DNA of 63,360 nt, the filler included, from Callorhinchus milii (Eukaryota): NCBI RefSeq assembly GCF_018977255.1. It is 2 parts of 2 records of this genome, joined end to end, with 100 filler letters (N's around TTAATTAATTAA, not from the genome) between each part and the next. Parts side by side here need not be neighbours in the genome. Positions count along the whole stretch, not along the records: positions 31,757 to 63,360 come from NW_024705612.1; 1 more part is not named here. The stretch is one strand, 5' to 3'. The number at the start of each line of letters is the position of its first letter. Within the stretch, counting starts at the first letter, position 1. The notes beneath the pieces were generated by a model. The model saw nothing but the letters and a program-made list of their open reading frames with translations. It was not told where the DNA came from and searched no databases. The translations under genes and the position numbers were made by a program. Of this stretch, positions 50,846 to 62,816 are shown one piece after another.

Positions 50846-51719
50846 AATTAATAATTATTATTGTTTGTCATCATATTTGTACCAAGTGGCGTTTTAACAA
50901 AAAAAAAACAGCAGCCATTCTGACATTCGTCAAACGTCTCGGCCAAAAATACTCCCGTCTGCCCTTCACTTTTCAGCCCGACACCCGGTAGGACGTCAAG
51001 GTCGTCAGCTGGTATCCGCGACAGCTTCTCATCTGGGCCTGTCCACTCGCGCGCCTGGCCCACGTGGCCTATCGCGGCCCAGGAATAGCCACCTCCTTCC
51101 TCAATGATCCTCGTTTCAATGTGCAAAACGTGCCAGCCTCTTACACGCAGCCTCAACGGGGACCTCTTTGGGAATTCGTTTTTTTGTAAAATCAAATATT
51201 CATATTCCACATCCTGCCTCTCGTCAGACGATGCAACAACCAAACATTCCGGACAGCATTGCCAGTTGCATCGACGCTATCAGGCACACTGAACTCATCA
51301 GAGGGGGGGGGGGTCATTTGGGAGTGGGGGGGGGGCAGATAATTGCCATTCTGGGCTCAGGTATTTAATACTGTTCTAAGGTTTTGGAATGGACCCCATG
51401 TACGTGTGTATTCTTCTTCTCCTTGTCCATGAGCGTATTGCTCAGATGCTGTAGTGCTGAGATTGGGCCTAATGAATACAACCATTGAGTATGGGAGGGG
51501 GGTTCGTGATTCTTCCACGTACCAATTAATTTTTTTAGTTCGTAAAATGCTCCTGTAACTTTAAAAGCGTCCGGATAGTTGCACGTAAAAATTGAGGATA
51601 AAGGTGCAGCCCTGAAAATGTGATTGCTCGCGGATAATTATGACGGAAGGGACTCCACTAGAAGGAGCGGTAGAGAGCCCCTCTAGAGGGCATTTGACCA
51701 ACTATTTTACACTGCGCAG

Positions 51720-51920
51720 ATGCATTCATATTCTTTGGATCTTTCGGTAAAGTCACGTAGATAAGTTCAAAGAAAATAACAAAAAGGATGACAAACGCTG
51801 GTGTTGCGATCAAAACGTCGTATTTTTGGTTATTTTCTTTGAACCTATCTACGTGACTTTACCGAAAGACCCAAACGAATATGAATTGCTGCAGTCACGA
51901 CAGTTTTAAGTCGAAGTTTA
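51720..51920. mobile_element. Penelope-like inverted-repeat fragment
   Basis: CTTTCGGTAAAGTCACGTAGATA ... TATCTACGTGACTTTACCGAAAG inverted arms of the same family. Confidence 0.7.
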
Positions 51921-54900
51921 ATATCCGTGCAAGGATTTGTACGATGAGGTTTCGAGACGACACAGAAGGGCAATAGTCCAATCAATCATTACTGATTATC
52001 ACTGAATTTCCCAAACAGAGAGAAAAAAAAAGACTTTGCAAACTTAGGACATTTAATTCTTTAAAAAAGGCTAATATTTTACAGCTTGGATTATAATAAA
52101 GAATCAATTCCAAGACTGTGCCATCTGGACGAGAATGGAGAAACGGTACAATTATTAACATGGACATAGCTATATATTGGATATTAAAATTGCACTATTA
52201 GGTTATTTTATGCTCTTTTACAAATACTGCGTACTGTAATAATGTTGTAAAATCGCTCAACGGCGCCTTACTGAAGCAAGGACAGTTTGCTGAACTGTAT
52301 TTCTACAATTTCATGAATTGTTATGATGCAACCATATTATTATTTAACCATATTTGAAAAGGCAACACTGAAATATATGAATTGCTATCTAATAATGGCA
52401 CTGGCACAAAACGTATTAGTGATTGGATTTTTTAAAATGCTGAGAAACCAAATCCCTCATACATTTTGCTTATACATTTTCAAGCAGAGGAATAATTTTG
52501 TCAACGCACTGCTGAGTGAAGACCTGCCCACACTATGTCAGACATGGAGGTTGTTTGACTATACTTCACCATGCTGGTCATTGTGGTTCTCTGGGCTACT
52601 CAAGTTTCCCCCGCACATACCAAACACTCATGACATTGACCAAATATATAAAACCAGGACCCTTTTTTAAAAAGAGTCAAACGACTTGGGGATTTCTGGG
52701 TACGTGAAGGACATTAACACGGTTGGATACGTACGGTGCAAAATCAGTTCAACATACATACAAACATTACTATTGTTACAGCACAGAAACCATGCATAGC
52801 TCACCCTTAGAGAGCTTGGTGAGGATTCATTACAATATTTGGAAAAGAATGTGAGTCATCATCATCACGGTCCAAAGGATCGAGCTATCTGAGAGTATGA
52901 GCTCCTATTTTGTGATAATTTCTCGTTAATTTGTCAATGGGGCATCTGGATTGAGTGGGACTGTTTAAATATCAACTGGGATGTCCTTCTTTACGTAATA
53001 CAACCTCCTGCAATGTTGCTGCCCAATGACATTCCAGGCATCATTCGCACCCAAGCGTCAGACTCAGTATGCTGATAGCCAAGCGAATATATTCCACACG
53101 TTCTGAGCAGATTATTAAGTTCATAATAGTTTTTTTAATTAGATTACGTGGCCTATTCTAAAAAAAAATCTATTGGGATTCCTAGTATTGGCTGAAAACC
53201 CCTACGTGTTAAGCTATTTAAGCTGCTGATTAGTCCCCCCATCCATTCTCCCCTCCTCGACCCCTCCCTTAAATATATTTTGTCTCCGATAGTTGCCGCT
53301 ACGGGAGTAGAGCAGTGAGCCCAGGGGTTGTCGCTCGCGAATGACTGTGTTTCTCCCTCCCTGACGTTCGAATTCTGTATTTGGCTCTTGAATGAGCGAG
53401 GTTTGTCACGTCAACAAAACATGCCAACTCGGTACTGGTTCAGCACATCGGTATGTTGGAGAGTAAACCAAAAATATTTACAATTCGGGTACGAAGTTTC
53501 GCCAGTAATTATAACTAGCATCATCAAACGGATAGCCAGAGTTGTGGAGAAATCCTCCTGCTTTAGTCCTAAATAGAGGAATACATTTTCGTTCAATAAA
53601 AAGATCCCCATAATTGGCCTGCTTTTCCAGTGCATTTGCAGCCCGCTGCCTTGTCATCTCTGTGCCCGGAGTCTTGATTTCTACATCTCCCCGCTGTCAC
53701 TCTGTTCCCGTGTCAGATTTATCATCGCCGACCATCCAATTTCCTCCAGACTGCAGTGTGTTTGATCTTGTTGTGCCAGTGCTCATTCCATGCTTCCAAT
53801 CCGACGTCAAAATTCCCTTTTAGCACAATATTCGCCGTGCAAAGGAGTGTACCAAAAACATGGCATGGAGCACCGTTTTGATGGAACCAGATTCAAACTG
53901 GTCCAAGATTTGTCTGCTTAAACAAAATGCGGCCATAAACAATTGGTCCTAGTCACAGGAAAACACCCTTCCGGACGCAAATGTAGTTTAATGTTCTGAG
54001 AGACCAGACTCAGGGGCTGCCACGGTTCTGTGAGCCGCCAGGACACATCCACTGTGCATTTTCACTCAACCGTGCCGTGTGATAATCATTACGGGGTCAC
54101 AGCTCCACGCAGCAGGCTGCCCTCGCTCTGTGAACTATCACATATAATTACCAGACGCCCCCCAAAGCTCTGAGGCCGCAGCCTCTGCAATGTGACCTTA
54201 GTGATTGTGGCATCCTGTGAATGGGTTGATGATCGGCGCTGGGTAGAAATTCACATAACTTCCCGGTTTAAAGGTCACATCCATCGCCACAGGAGACACC
54301 CGCAAAGCAGAAGTGTCCATTACTAAGGTATCAACACGAACAATCGATCTAATTGCAATTTTAATCAACGTAGCATGTCAATATCTCTTAACATGGTGGT
54401 GTTACATCGATTTGGTTACATTTTGCACGTAAACGAATGATACAGTTTAATATGTGTGATTACATTTAAATTGTCTGAAAGCCATTTTTAGTCTAAGAAT
54501 TCAAAGTGATGGCCACGTAGCTCAGGGGGCAGCGCACTAAGCCGGTATCACTGTGTGTGTATTGACCGTCTTTCGCCCGTACATAGCCAACCATGCTAAT
54601 TGTGTCGAGGGTTCACCGGCAGGAGGTCACGGGACAGACCCAGGTACCATGGGTTGACTGACGAAGATGACTGGTACTCATACACACACACACAATACAC
54701 GTATACACCCGTACACACATGCGTGCACACCATTGCACCTATAGACACGTACACAAGAAACAGATCAACCTGCCATGATATCGCTCATGGTGTATGTATG
54801 TTGAACTTTTTTCGCACCGTACGTGGCCAAGCACGCTAATTGGAGGTGCGGGGGAAGGCCAACAAACTAAACACAAATCAATCATCAGTTCTGAAGAACT

Positions 54901-55295
54901 GAGTTTTCGATCTCGATTTAAAAGGGCTCAGCTCCAGTGGCTTCCTAATCCAGATCCTGGGTGTGAATTTGGGCAGCCATCCGTGATGACAATGTGGAGT
55001 GACTAGGTGGTCTTTGCCTAGTTACTAATGACTGCACAACAAATCCAGCAAATTAAAGGTAGTTTTTCACAGTTGTATATGATTCTAATAATAATTAACA
55101 TTTATAAAGCACCCTTAAACAATCTTGATTTGAAGCTTTCGTGACTGCATGAATCCATACTCTTCGGTTCTTTCGGTAAAGTCACGTGGGTAGAAAAATA
55201 ATAGATCACGACGTTTCGTTCGCGGCACGAGCAACCGTGATCATAGTGGCACAACCACAGCGAGAGCAAACTGCTGGAGTGGGCGAGAGATCTAG

Positions 55296-57784
55296 AGTGG
55301 CACGAGGTGATATAGTGGCACGAGGTGATATAGTGGCACGAGGTGATATAGTGGCACGAGGTGATATAGTGGCACGAGGTGATATAGTGGCACGAGGTGA
55401 TATAGTGGCACGAGGTGATATAGTGGCACGAGGTGATATAGTGGCACGAGGTGATATAGTGGCACGAGGTGATATAGTGGCACGAGGTGATATAGTGGCA
55501 CGAGGTGATATAGTGGCACGAGGTGATATAGTGGCACGAGGTGATATAGTGGCACGAGGTGATATAGTGGCACGAGGTGATATAGTGGCACGAGGTGATA
55601 TAGTGGCACGAGGTGATATAGTGGCACGAGGTGATATAGTGGCACGAGGTGATATAGTGGCACGAGGTGATATAGTGGCACGAGGTGATATAGTGGCACG
55701 AGGTGATATAGTGGCACGAGGTGATATAGTGGCACGAGGTGATATAGTGGCACGAGGTGATATAGTGGCACGAGGTGATATAGTGGCACGAGGTGATATA
55801 GTGGCACGAGGTGATATAGTGGCACGAGGTGATATAGTGGCACGAGGTGATATAGTGGCACGAGGTGATATAGTGGCACGAGGTGATATAGTGGCACGAG
55901 GTGATATAGTGGCACGAGGTGATATAGTGGCACGAGGTGATATAGTGGCACGAGGTGATATAGTGGCACGAGGTGATATAGTGGCACGAGGTGATATAGT
56001 GGCACGAGGTGATATAGTGGCACGAGGTGATATAGTGGCACGAGGTGATATAGTGGCACGAGGTGATATAGTGGCACGAGGTGATATAGTGGCACGAGGT
56101 GATATAGTGGCACGAGGTGATATAGTGGCACGAGGTGATATAGTGGCACGAGGTGATATAGTGGCACGAGGTGATATAGTGGCACGAGGTGATATAGTGG
56201 CACGAGGTGATATAGTGGCACGAGGTGATATAGTGGCACGAGGTGATATAGTGGCACGAGGTGATATAGTGGCACGAGGTGATATAGTGGCACGAGGTGA
56301 TATAGTGGCACGAGGTGATATAGTGGCACGAGGTGATATAGTGGCACGAGGTGATATAGTGGCACGAGGTGATATAGTGGCACGAGGTGATATAGTGGCA
56401 CGAGGTGATATAGTGGCACGAGGTGATATAGTGGCACGAGGTGATATAGTGGCACGAGGTGATATAGTGGCACGAGGTGATATAGTGGCACGAGGTGATA
56501 TAGTGGCACGAGGTGATATAGTGGCACGAGGTGATATAGTGGCACGAGGTGATATAGTGGCACGAGGTGATATAGTGGCACGAGGTGATATAGTGGCACG
56601 AGGTGATATAGTGGCACGAGGTGATATAGTGGCACGAGGTGATATAGTGGCACGAGGTGATATAGTGGCACGAGGTGATATAGTGGCACGAGGTGATATA
56701 GTGGCACGAGGTGATATAGTGGCACGAGGTGATATAGTGGCACGAGGTGATATAGTGGCACGAGGTGATATAGTGGCACGAGGTGATATAGTGGCACGAG
56801 GTGATATAGTGGCACGAGGTGATATAGTGGCACGAGGTGATATAGTGGCACGAGGTGATATAGTGGCACGAGGTGATATAGTGGCACGAGGTGATATAGT
56901 GGCACGAGGTGATATAGTGGCACGAGTGATATAGTGGCACATATAGTGGCACGAGGTGATATAGTGGCACGAGGTGATATAGTGGCACGAGGTGATATAG
57001 TGGCACGAGGTGATATAGTGGCACGAGGTGATATAGTGGCACGAGGTGATATAGTGGGCACGAGGTGATATAGTGGCACGAGGTGATATAGTGGCACGAG
57101 GTGATATAGTGGCACGAGGTGATATATGGCACGAGGTGATATAGTGGCACGAGGTGATATAGTGGCACGAGGTGATATAGTGGCACGAGGTGATATAGTG
57201 GCACGAGGTGATATAGTGGCACGAGGTGATATAGTGGCACGAGGTGATATAGTGGCACGAGGTGATATAGTGGCACGAGGTGATATAGTGGCACGAGGTG
57301 ATATAGTGGCACGAGGTGATATAGTGGCACGAGGTGATATAGTGGCACGAGGTGATATAGTGGCACGAGGTGATATAGTGGCACGAGGTGATATAGTGGC
57401 ACGAGGTGATATAGTGGCACGAGGTGATATAGTGGCACGAGGTGATATAGTGGCACGAGGTGATATAGTGGCACGAGGTGATATAGTGGCACGAGGTGAT
57501 ATAGTGGCACGAGGTGATATAGTGGCACGAGGTGATATAGTGGCACGAGGTGATATAGTGGCACGAGGTGATATAGTGGCACGAGGTGATATAGTGGCAC
57601 GAGGTGATATAGTGGCACGAGGTGATATAGTGGCACGAGGTGATATAGTGGCACGAGGTGATATAGTGGCACGAGGTGATATAGTGGCACGAGGTGATAT
57701 AGTGGCACGAGGTGATATAGTGGCACGAGGTGATATAGTGGCACGAGGTGATATAGTGGCACGAGGTGATATAGTGGCACGAGG
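55296..57784. repeat. 18-bp minisatellite (AGTGGCACGAGGTGATAT)n, ~138 copies
   Basis: Nearly perfect tandem array; a few indels near 56926, 56940, 57057 and 57126. Confidence 0.99.
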
Positions 57785-57858
57785 AGGCCTACTATATAAT
57801 CTCGTGCCACGGCAGATTTCTCTCCTACTTCAGCAGTTTTTTCTTGCTGTGGTTGCCC

Positions 57859-57899
57859 CACCTGATGACGATTGTTTGTGTTGCGATCGAAACGTCGTG
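57859..57899 (+). ncRNA. Minimal type-I hammerhead ribozyme motif
   Basis: CAC-CTGATGA-CGATTG-(TTTGTGTTG)-CGATC-GAAA-C-GTC-GTG: catalytic core, stem II, palindromic ACGT stem III, CAC/GTG stem I. Confidence 0.75.
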
Positions 57900-59559
57900 A
57901 TCTATTATTCACCCTTGGACAATTCATTCTCGCGGAGCTAATTCAACACTGAGATTAAAATCAAAACAAAGTTAAATATGTTTTGATTTCCCATGTGCTA
58001 ACATCGTAGGGCATCCGCGGAAGCACAGCGCCTCCAAAGTGGATAAGAGACTACTTGGAGATCTCGGAAGTAATTCTGTAATCTTTGGTTCTACGGGTCA
58101 TACTCTAAGACAGGGTGATTCGCTGCTCTGCGAAATTTACAAATGGATAATTCTTTGTCTCATGACATAGCACAAATGGAAAATGAAAATTGGGAAAATA
58201 AATATTAAAAAAACTCTATGTGTCTCTCTACTCGCACATGTTGCCCTTGTCTATTGGCACACGCTGAGACAATCGTGGAGATTCCACATTCTTATGGTGA
58301 GAATCAGTCAATACACATAGCAGTAATTCTAGATTTGAAGCTTTCGTGACTGCAAGGATTCATACTCGGTGACTTTACCGAAAAAACCTAAGAGTACACA
58401 TAGCAGTACTCTCATTTTATTGACCCGAATAAATGACCATCGCATGATGGCTGGGTTTGCGGTGGCGCACCCAGCAATTACAACCCAACAACACGAGGTG
58501 TGGTTGACGAGACCGCGTGGAGATGAAGCCATCGTGTGCGTGAAAAAACAACCTGCACGGCAACCTGTGCCTTTAATTAAGAGGCCCATTAGAGATACAT
58601 CCGGTGCTCATATTAGTATGAGCACTGGATGCACGTATTACGGATGTGCAAGTCATGAACGAACGCATTAATGGCATACATTTGAGAACTATGCTAACAT
58701 TACAAAAAAATTACGTAATTGCACGCTTTGTTTCACACTTAATCGCAAAGCCTCTTTGTTGGCCACCAATTCTGAATAAAGTTGTTATACAACACGGCCC
58801 GCATCACATTAAGCTTAAGCCAACTCTTAATTTCTAAGCCCATCTGCAAACGGAGAGAGAGTGAGAGAGCTCGCGCTGGGAGTTGGCACCAGCGCCCGTC
58901 CCGGCAAAGCACACGGCTGACGCATGGCCTCGACGCCCATCGGTGAAAAAAACCCATCTCCACGCTTCCCTCTCGAACCATCCCAGCCTCGCGATGAAAG
59001 AGCTGCTGCTGAGAGAGGCAGAGAGGCAGAGAGGCGGGGGGGTCCCGGCGTGAGCTCCCGCGCCCTCGCTCCGACGCTCGCGCGCTCTGGGACCGGGCGT
59101 GCAGCCAGCGCTCACTGGAGGCCTCCCTCCCCAACTCGGCTCAGGCACAGAGCTGCACCCCCCCCCCCCCCACGTGTGCCTGCCGCACCTCCCTGATGGC
59201 TCGGCCCAGTCTCACGGCCCGGCCACAACACGCATTAAGCAGCGGGGGAGCTCAGCAGTTTTGCGCATTCAGAGTAATTGAAAGTGCCACATAAGCCCCA
59301 TCAAATGTGCACGATGCTTTTGTGCCACGGCTCAATTCTCAAATTGCAGCAATTGTCAAGATTGCTTTTATTTTTTTTATGGGCAATCAGCGCCAATGTG
59401 AGATGTAATTTGTTCTATTCGGCATTCTGTACCCCCTTAAGCTGCGGGTCTTGGGTTGTTGTTGTTGTTGTTCGTAGAGAAAGCCTTTAGCGATTGCACT
59501 CGGGGAGTTAAACCGGTGAAACGTAACCCATTTAGAGGGAATGCTCTGCCACGTTAGGA

Positions 59560-59865
59560 CGGTGCTGACCGCGCTGGCAGCACGGCCAGCTCTTCGACTT
59601 TAACACGAACTGGTGCTGCCTCCCACTCCCGTCCTGCCCGGTGGTGACCACACATTTGTGTCACCGTAATAAGGGGTGGAACGCCACTCCCGCTGCCGCC
59701 ACACCGACGATTCAACGAATTGTCACAATTGAGGTTCACGAATTCAATTTGAAAACTAATTTCTTTCGAACTGCTTTCTGTGTTCAGTTTGATGTCCTTC
59801 CCTCGTAACTCCGATTGGCACGGCTGGCTACGCACGGTGCGAAAAAAGTTCCACATACATACATT
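59560..59865 (+). mobile_element. L2-type LINE 3' end with (TACA)n tail
   Basis: LKTNFF-like C-terminus followed by CACGGTGCGAAAAAAGTTC-ACATACAT; related ends at ~33300, ~52730 and 54790-54920 (minus). Confidence 0.55.
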
Positions 59866-59874
59866 ACTATTCTT

Positions 59875-60792
59875 GATTTGAAGCTTTCGTCACGGCAGGA
59901 ATCCATACTCTTTGGTTCTTTCGGTAAAGTCACGTAGGTAGAAAAAATAAAAATAGATCACGACATTTCGATCGCTACACTGGTTTATCCAGGATGTTTC
60001 TGTTGCACGTCGTAGCTTTAAGATGTTCTCTGTTCATGTTTTGTTTGTTGCGGTTGCACCCGACTCAAGAGCCGCATGGCTCACAGGGCTACACCTAATC
60101 AATGAAACTTGAAACTACACAAGCAACCATCATCAGGTGTGAAACAAACGTCAACAGTCCTCCTGCTTCGATTTAAAGCTTTCGTGACTGCAGGGGTTCA
60201 TCTTCTTGGTTCTATTTCGATTTAAAGCTTTCGTGACTGCAGGGATTCATCTTCTTGGTTCTTTCGGTAAAGTCACGTAGAAGGGAAGTAATAAAATAAT
60301 AAAAATAAAACCTGAAGACGGCTGCTTGCGTTGTAGCCGAAACGTCGTGAGAATTATTTTATTTTATTATGTTTTATTTTTATTATTTTATTACTTCCCT
60401 TCTACGTGACTTTACCGAAAGAACCAAGAAGACTTCTTGGTTCTTTCGAGTCACGTAGAAAGGGAAATAATAAAATTATTAAAGTAAAACATTAAAAAAT
60501 AAAATATTATTATGTTTTATTTTATTATTTTATTATTTCCCTTCTACGTGACTTTACCGAAAGAACCAAGAAGATGAATCCCTGCAGTCACGAAAGCTTT
60601 AAATGTTGTATTTTTATTATTTTATTATTTCCCTTCTACGTGACTTTACCGAAAGAACCAAGAAGATAAGTCCTCCTGCTGTGGTCGTTTCACACCTGAT
60701 GACGGTTGCTTGTGTTGCGATCGAAACGTTGTGATCTATTATAATTTTTTCTACCTACGTGACTTTACCGAAAGAACCAAAGAGTATACGTA
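59875..60792. mobile_element. Nested Penelope-like pseudo-LTR cluster with 9-bp TSD; hammerheads at 60311-60350 and 60693-60733
   Basis: Multiple direct/inverted copies of TTCGGTAAAGTCACGTAG / GCAGTCACGAAAGCTT; ACTATTCTT at 59866-59874 and 60793-60801. Confidence 0.78.
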
Positions 60793-61635
60793 ACTATTCT
60801 TATAGCACAAAATGTATGCATAGCTCACCCTTAGCTTGGTGAGGATTCATTACAAGATTTGGAAAAGAATGGGAGTCATCATCATCACGATCCAAAGGAT
60901 CGAGCTATCTGGGGGTATGAGCTCCTATTTTGTGATAATTTCTCGATAATTTGTCAATGGGCATCTGGATTGAGTGGGACTTTTTTTTTACAGTGGCCAA
61001 TTAAGGGGTCGTGGGAACCTGTTACATATGCCGTACACAAATGTAAAATATATATGATTCTTACATGGTTTATTCGACGTGTGTTAAGTAGCGTAATAAA
61101 TTATTGTAAATCAATGCACCATAACAGCTCCAATGTTTAACGACTTGACGTGCAAGGCCAAGTGTTACGTAATAATCAATGTACAACTTACAATAACACA
61201 TCACTGGTAGATCGAGACAGGCAAACAAGAGTTGAAACCCTCCCTTCGTCAAAGCCACGGGTCAACCTAAAGCACTGCACTGACTTGAGCCTACAAATCG
61301 AGACGATGTATAGGCTGAAATAAATCACAGTCGCACTTAGACGATCACAACAAGCGCTGCACACGGGTTGCAGAAGACCGCATTTAAAGCCGTACACTTC
61401 AAGAGGAGCTAAAAGCAGGATTTGTAAATTTTTATTTAAAGCTTTCGTGACTGCAGGGATTCATCTTCTTGGTTCTTTCGGTAAAGTCACGTAGAAGGGA
61501 AGTAATAAAATAATAAAAATAAACATTTAAAGCTTTCGTGACTGCAGGGATTCATCTTCTTGGTTCTTTCGGTAAAGTCACGTAGAAGGGAAATAATAAT
61601 AATAAAAATACAAATAAAACATAATAAAATACATT

Positions 61636-61679
61636 CTCACGACGTTTCGGCCACAACGCAAGCAGCCGTCCTCAGGTGA
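61636..61679 (-). ncRNA. Minimal type-I hammerhead ribozyme motif
   Basis: Reverse complement TCAC-CTGAGGA-CGGCTG-loop-TGGCC-GAAA-C-GTC-GTGAG. Confidence 0.8.
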
Positions 61680-61711
61680 AGACCAGGTCTGTCTCCCCGA
61701 CAGACCTGGTT

Positions 61712-61756
61712 TTCACCTGAGGACGGCTGCTTGCGTTGTGGCCGAAACGTCGTGAG
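61712..61756 (+). ncRNA. Minimal type-I hammerhead ribozyme motif
   Basis: TTCAC-CTGAGGA-CGGCTG-CTTGCGTTG-TGGCC-GAAA-C-GTC-GTGAG. Confidence 0.8.
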
Positions 61757-62110
61757 AATTATTTTATTATGTTTTATTTTTATTATTTTATTACTTCCCT
61801 TCTACGTGACTTTACCGAAAGAACCAAGAAGATGAATCCCTGCAGTCACGAAAGCTTTAAATGTTTTATTTTTATTATTTATTACTTCCCTTCTACGTGA
61901 CTTTACCGAAAGAACCAAGAAGATGAATCGCTGAACATTGTTTGAATAACACTTTCACCTGTAGGGGCACGGGGTAAGAACGTTTCAGTGTCAAGATGTT
62001 ATAGGCACGGATGCTCTTCCTCACGGATATCGTTCCTTAGTCAAAGCTAAGTTATATTTGTATGCAGTATATAAGACAAAATAATCACAAGTAGTGACTA
62101 ATCCCATATC

Positions 62111-62481
62111 TGGGAGGGCTGGGGGGGGGGGCTGGGTGGGGAGGGTGGGGAGGGGAGGGGCTGGGTGGGGAGGCTGGGTGGGTGGGACTGGGTGAGGAGG
62201 GCTGGGTGGGGAGGGGCTGGGTGGGGAGGGGCTGGGTGGGGGGGAGGGGCTGGGTGGGGAGGGGCTGGGTGGGGAGGGGGACTGGGTGGGGAGGGTGGGG
62301 AGGGCTGGGTGGGAGGGGGTGGGTGGGGGGGCTGGGTGGGGAGGGGCTGGGTGGGGGGGGGGCTGGGTGGGGAGGGGGCTGGGTGGGGAGGGTGGGGAGG
62401 GGCTGGGTGGGAGGGCTGGGTGGGGGGGTGGGGCTGGGTGGGGGGTGGGGGAGGGGTGGGGCTGGGTGGGGGAGGGGCTGG
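62111..62481. repeat. G-rich tandem repeat (~GGGGCTGGGTGGGGA)n, G-quadruplex-prone
   Basis: Dozens of GGG runs with 1-3 nt loops. Confidence 0.92.
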
Positions 62482-62739
62482 TCACCCCGTGGTGCCCTTA
62501 TAAACTCAACGTTTACCTACTCACGCCGGCTGTGCCCGCCCTCAAGTCGGGCATATTTTGCGGAATACACCACGCCGGCCGTTGACCCTGCAGGCATTGC
62601 CGAGCACCCGACGTTCCTAGCAGCTCCCTCCGCAGGAATGTGTTTTCTGCTCATGGCCATGAGCCAGTGCGCCAAATTTGACATTACTATTGTGAGGACA
62701 ATCGCAGTCGACTTCCAGAAGAGGGGGATTGTGGATGAC

Positions 62740-62816
62740 TGAGTCGATCCCGCGTCAGGATTTGAACCCCACATTTTCTGAGTTGTGAGACTAACGCACT
62801 GGCTACGCCGTGACCC
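62740..62816 (-). mobile_element. tRNA-derived SINE head
   Basis: Reverse complement GGTCACGGCGTAGCCAGTGCGTTAGTCTCACAACTCAGAAAATGTGGGGTTCAAATCCTG. Confidence 0.55.

Larger units (their letters stand above)
55124..57911. mobile_element. Penelope-like inverted-repeat element enclosing a minisatellite
   Basis: Left arm (55124-55315) and right arm (57790-57911) are mutual reverse complements over ~120 nt; right arm has a hammerhead at 57859-57899. Confidence 0.75.
61434..61929. mobile_element. ~0.5 kb near-perfect palindrome of Penelope-like pseudo-LTRs
   Basis: Centre hairpin GACCAGGTCTGTC-TCCCC-GACAGACCTGGTT; arms are reverse complements, including duplicated terminal units. Confidence 0.85.

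Noticed and set aside
55296..57784. CRISPR array or cDNA-adapter (GGCACGAG) concatemer
   Set aside because: There are no spacers and no cas genes. The unit has a diverged homologue in the flanking element arm, so it is endogenous rather than an adapter.
55102..57941. Long ORFs (941, 607, 582, 578, 271 aa) of PLYHLV/VARGDI/RATISP repeats, including RGD motifs
   Set aside because: These are by-products of a stop-free 18-bp unit. Indels shift frames freely and there are no coding features.
62021..62742. Pro-rich/Gly-Trp-rich ORFs
   Set aside because: They are translations of the G-rich tandem repeat.
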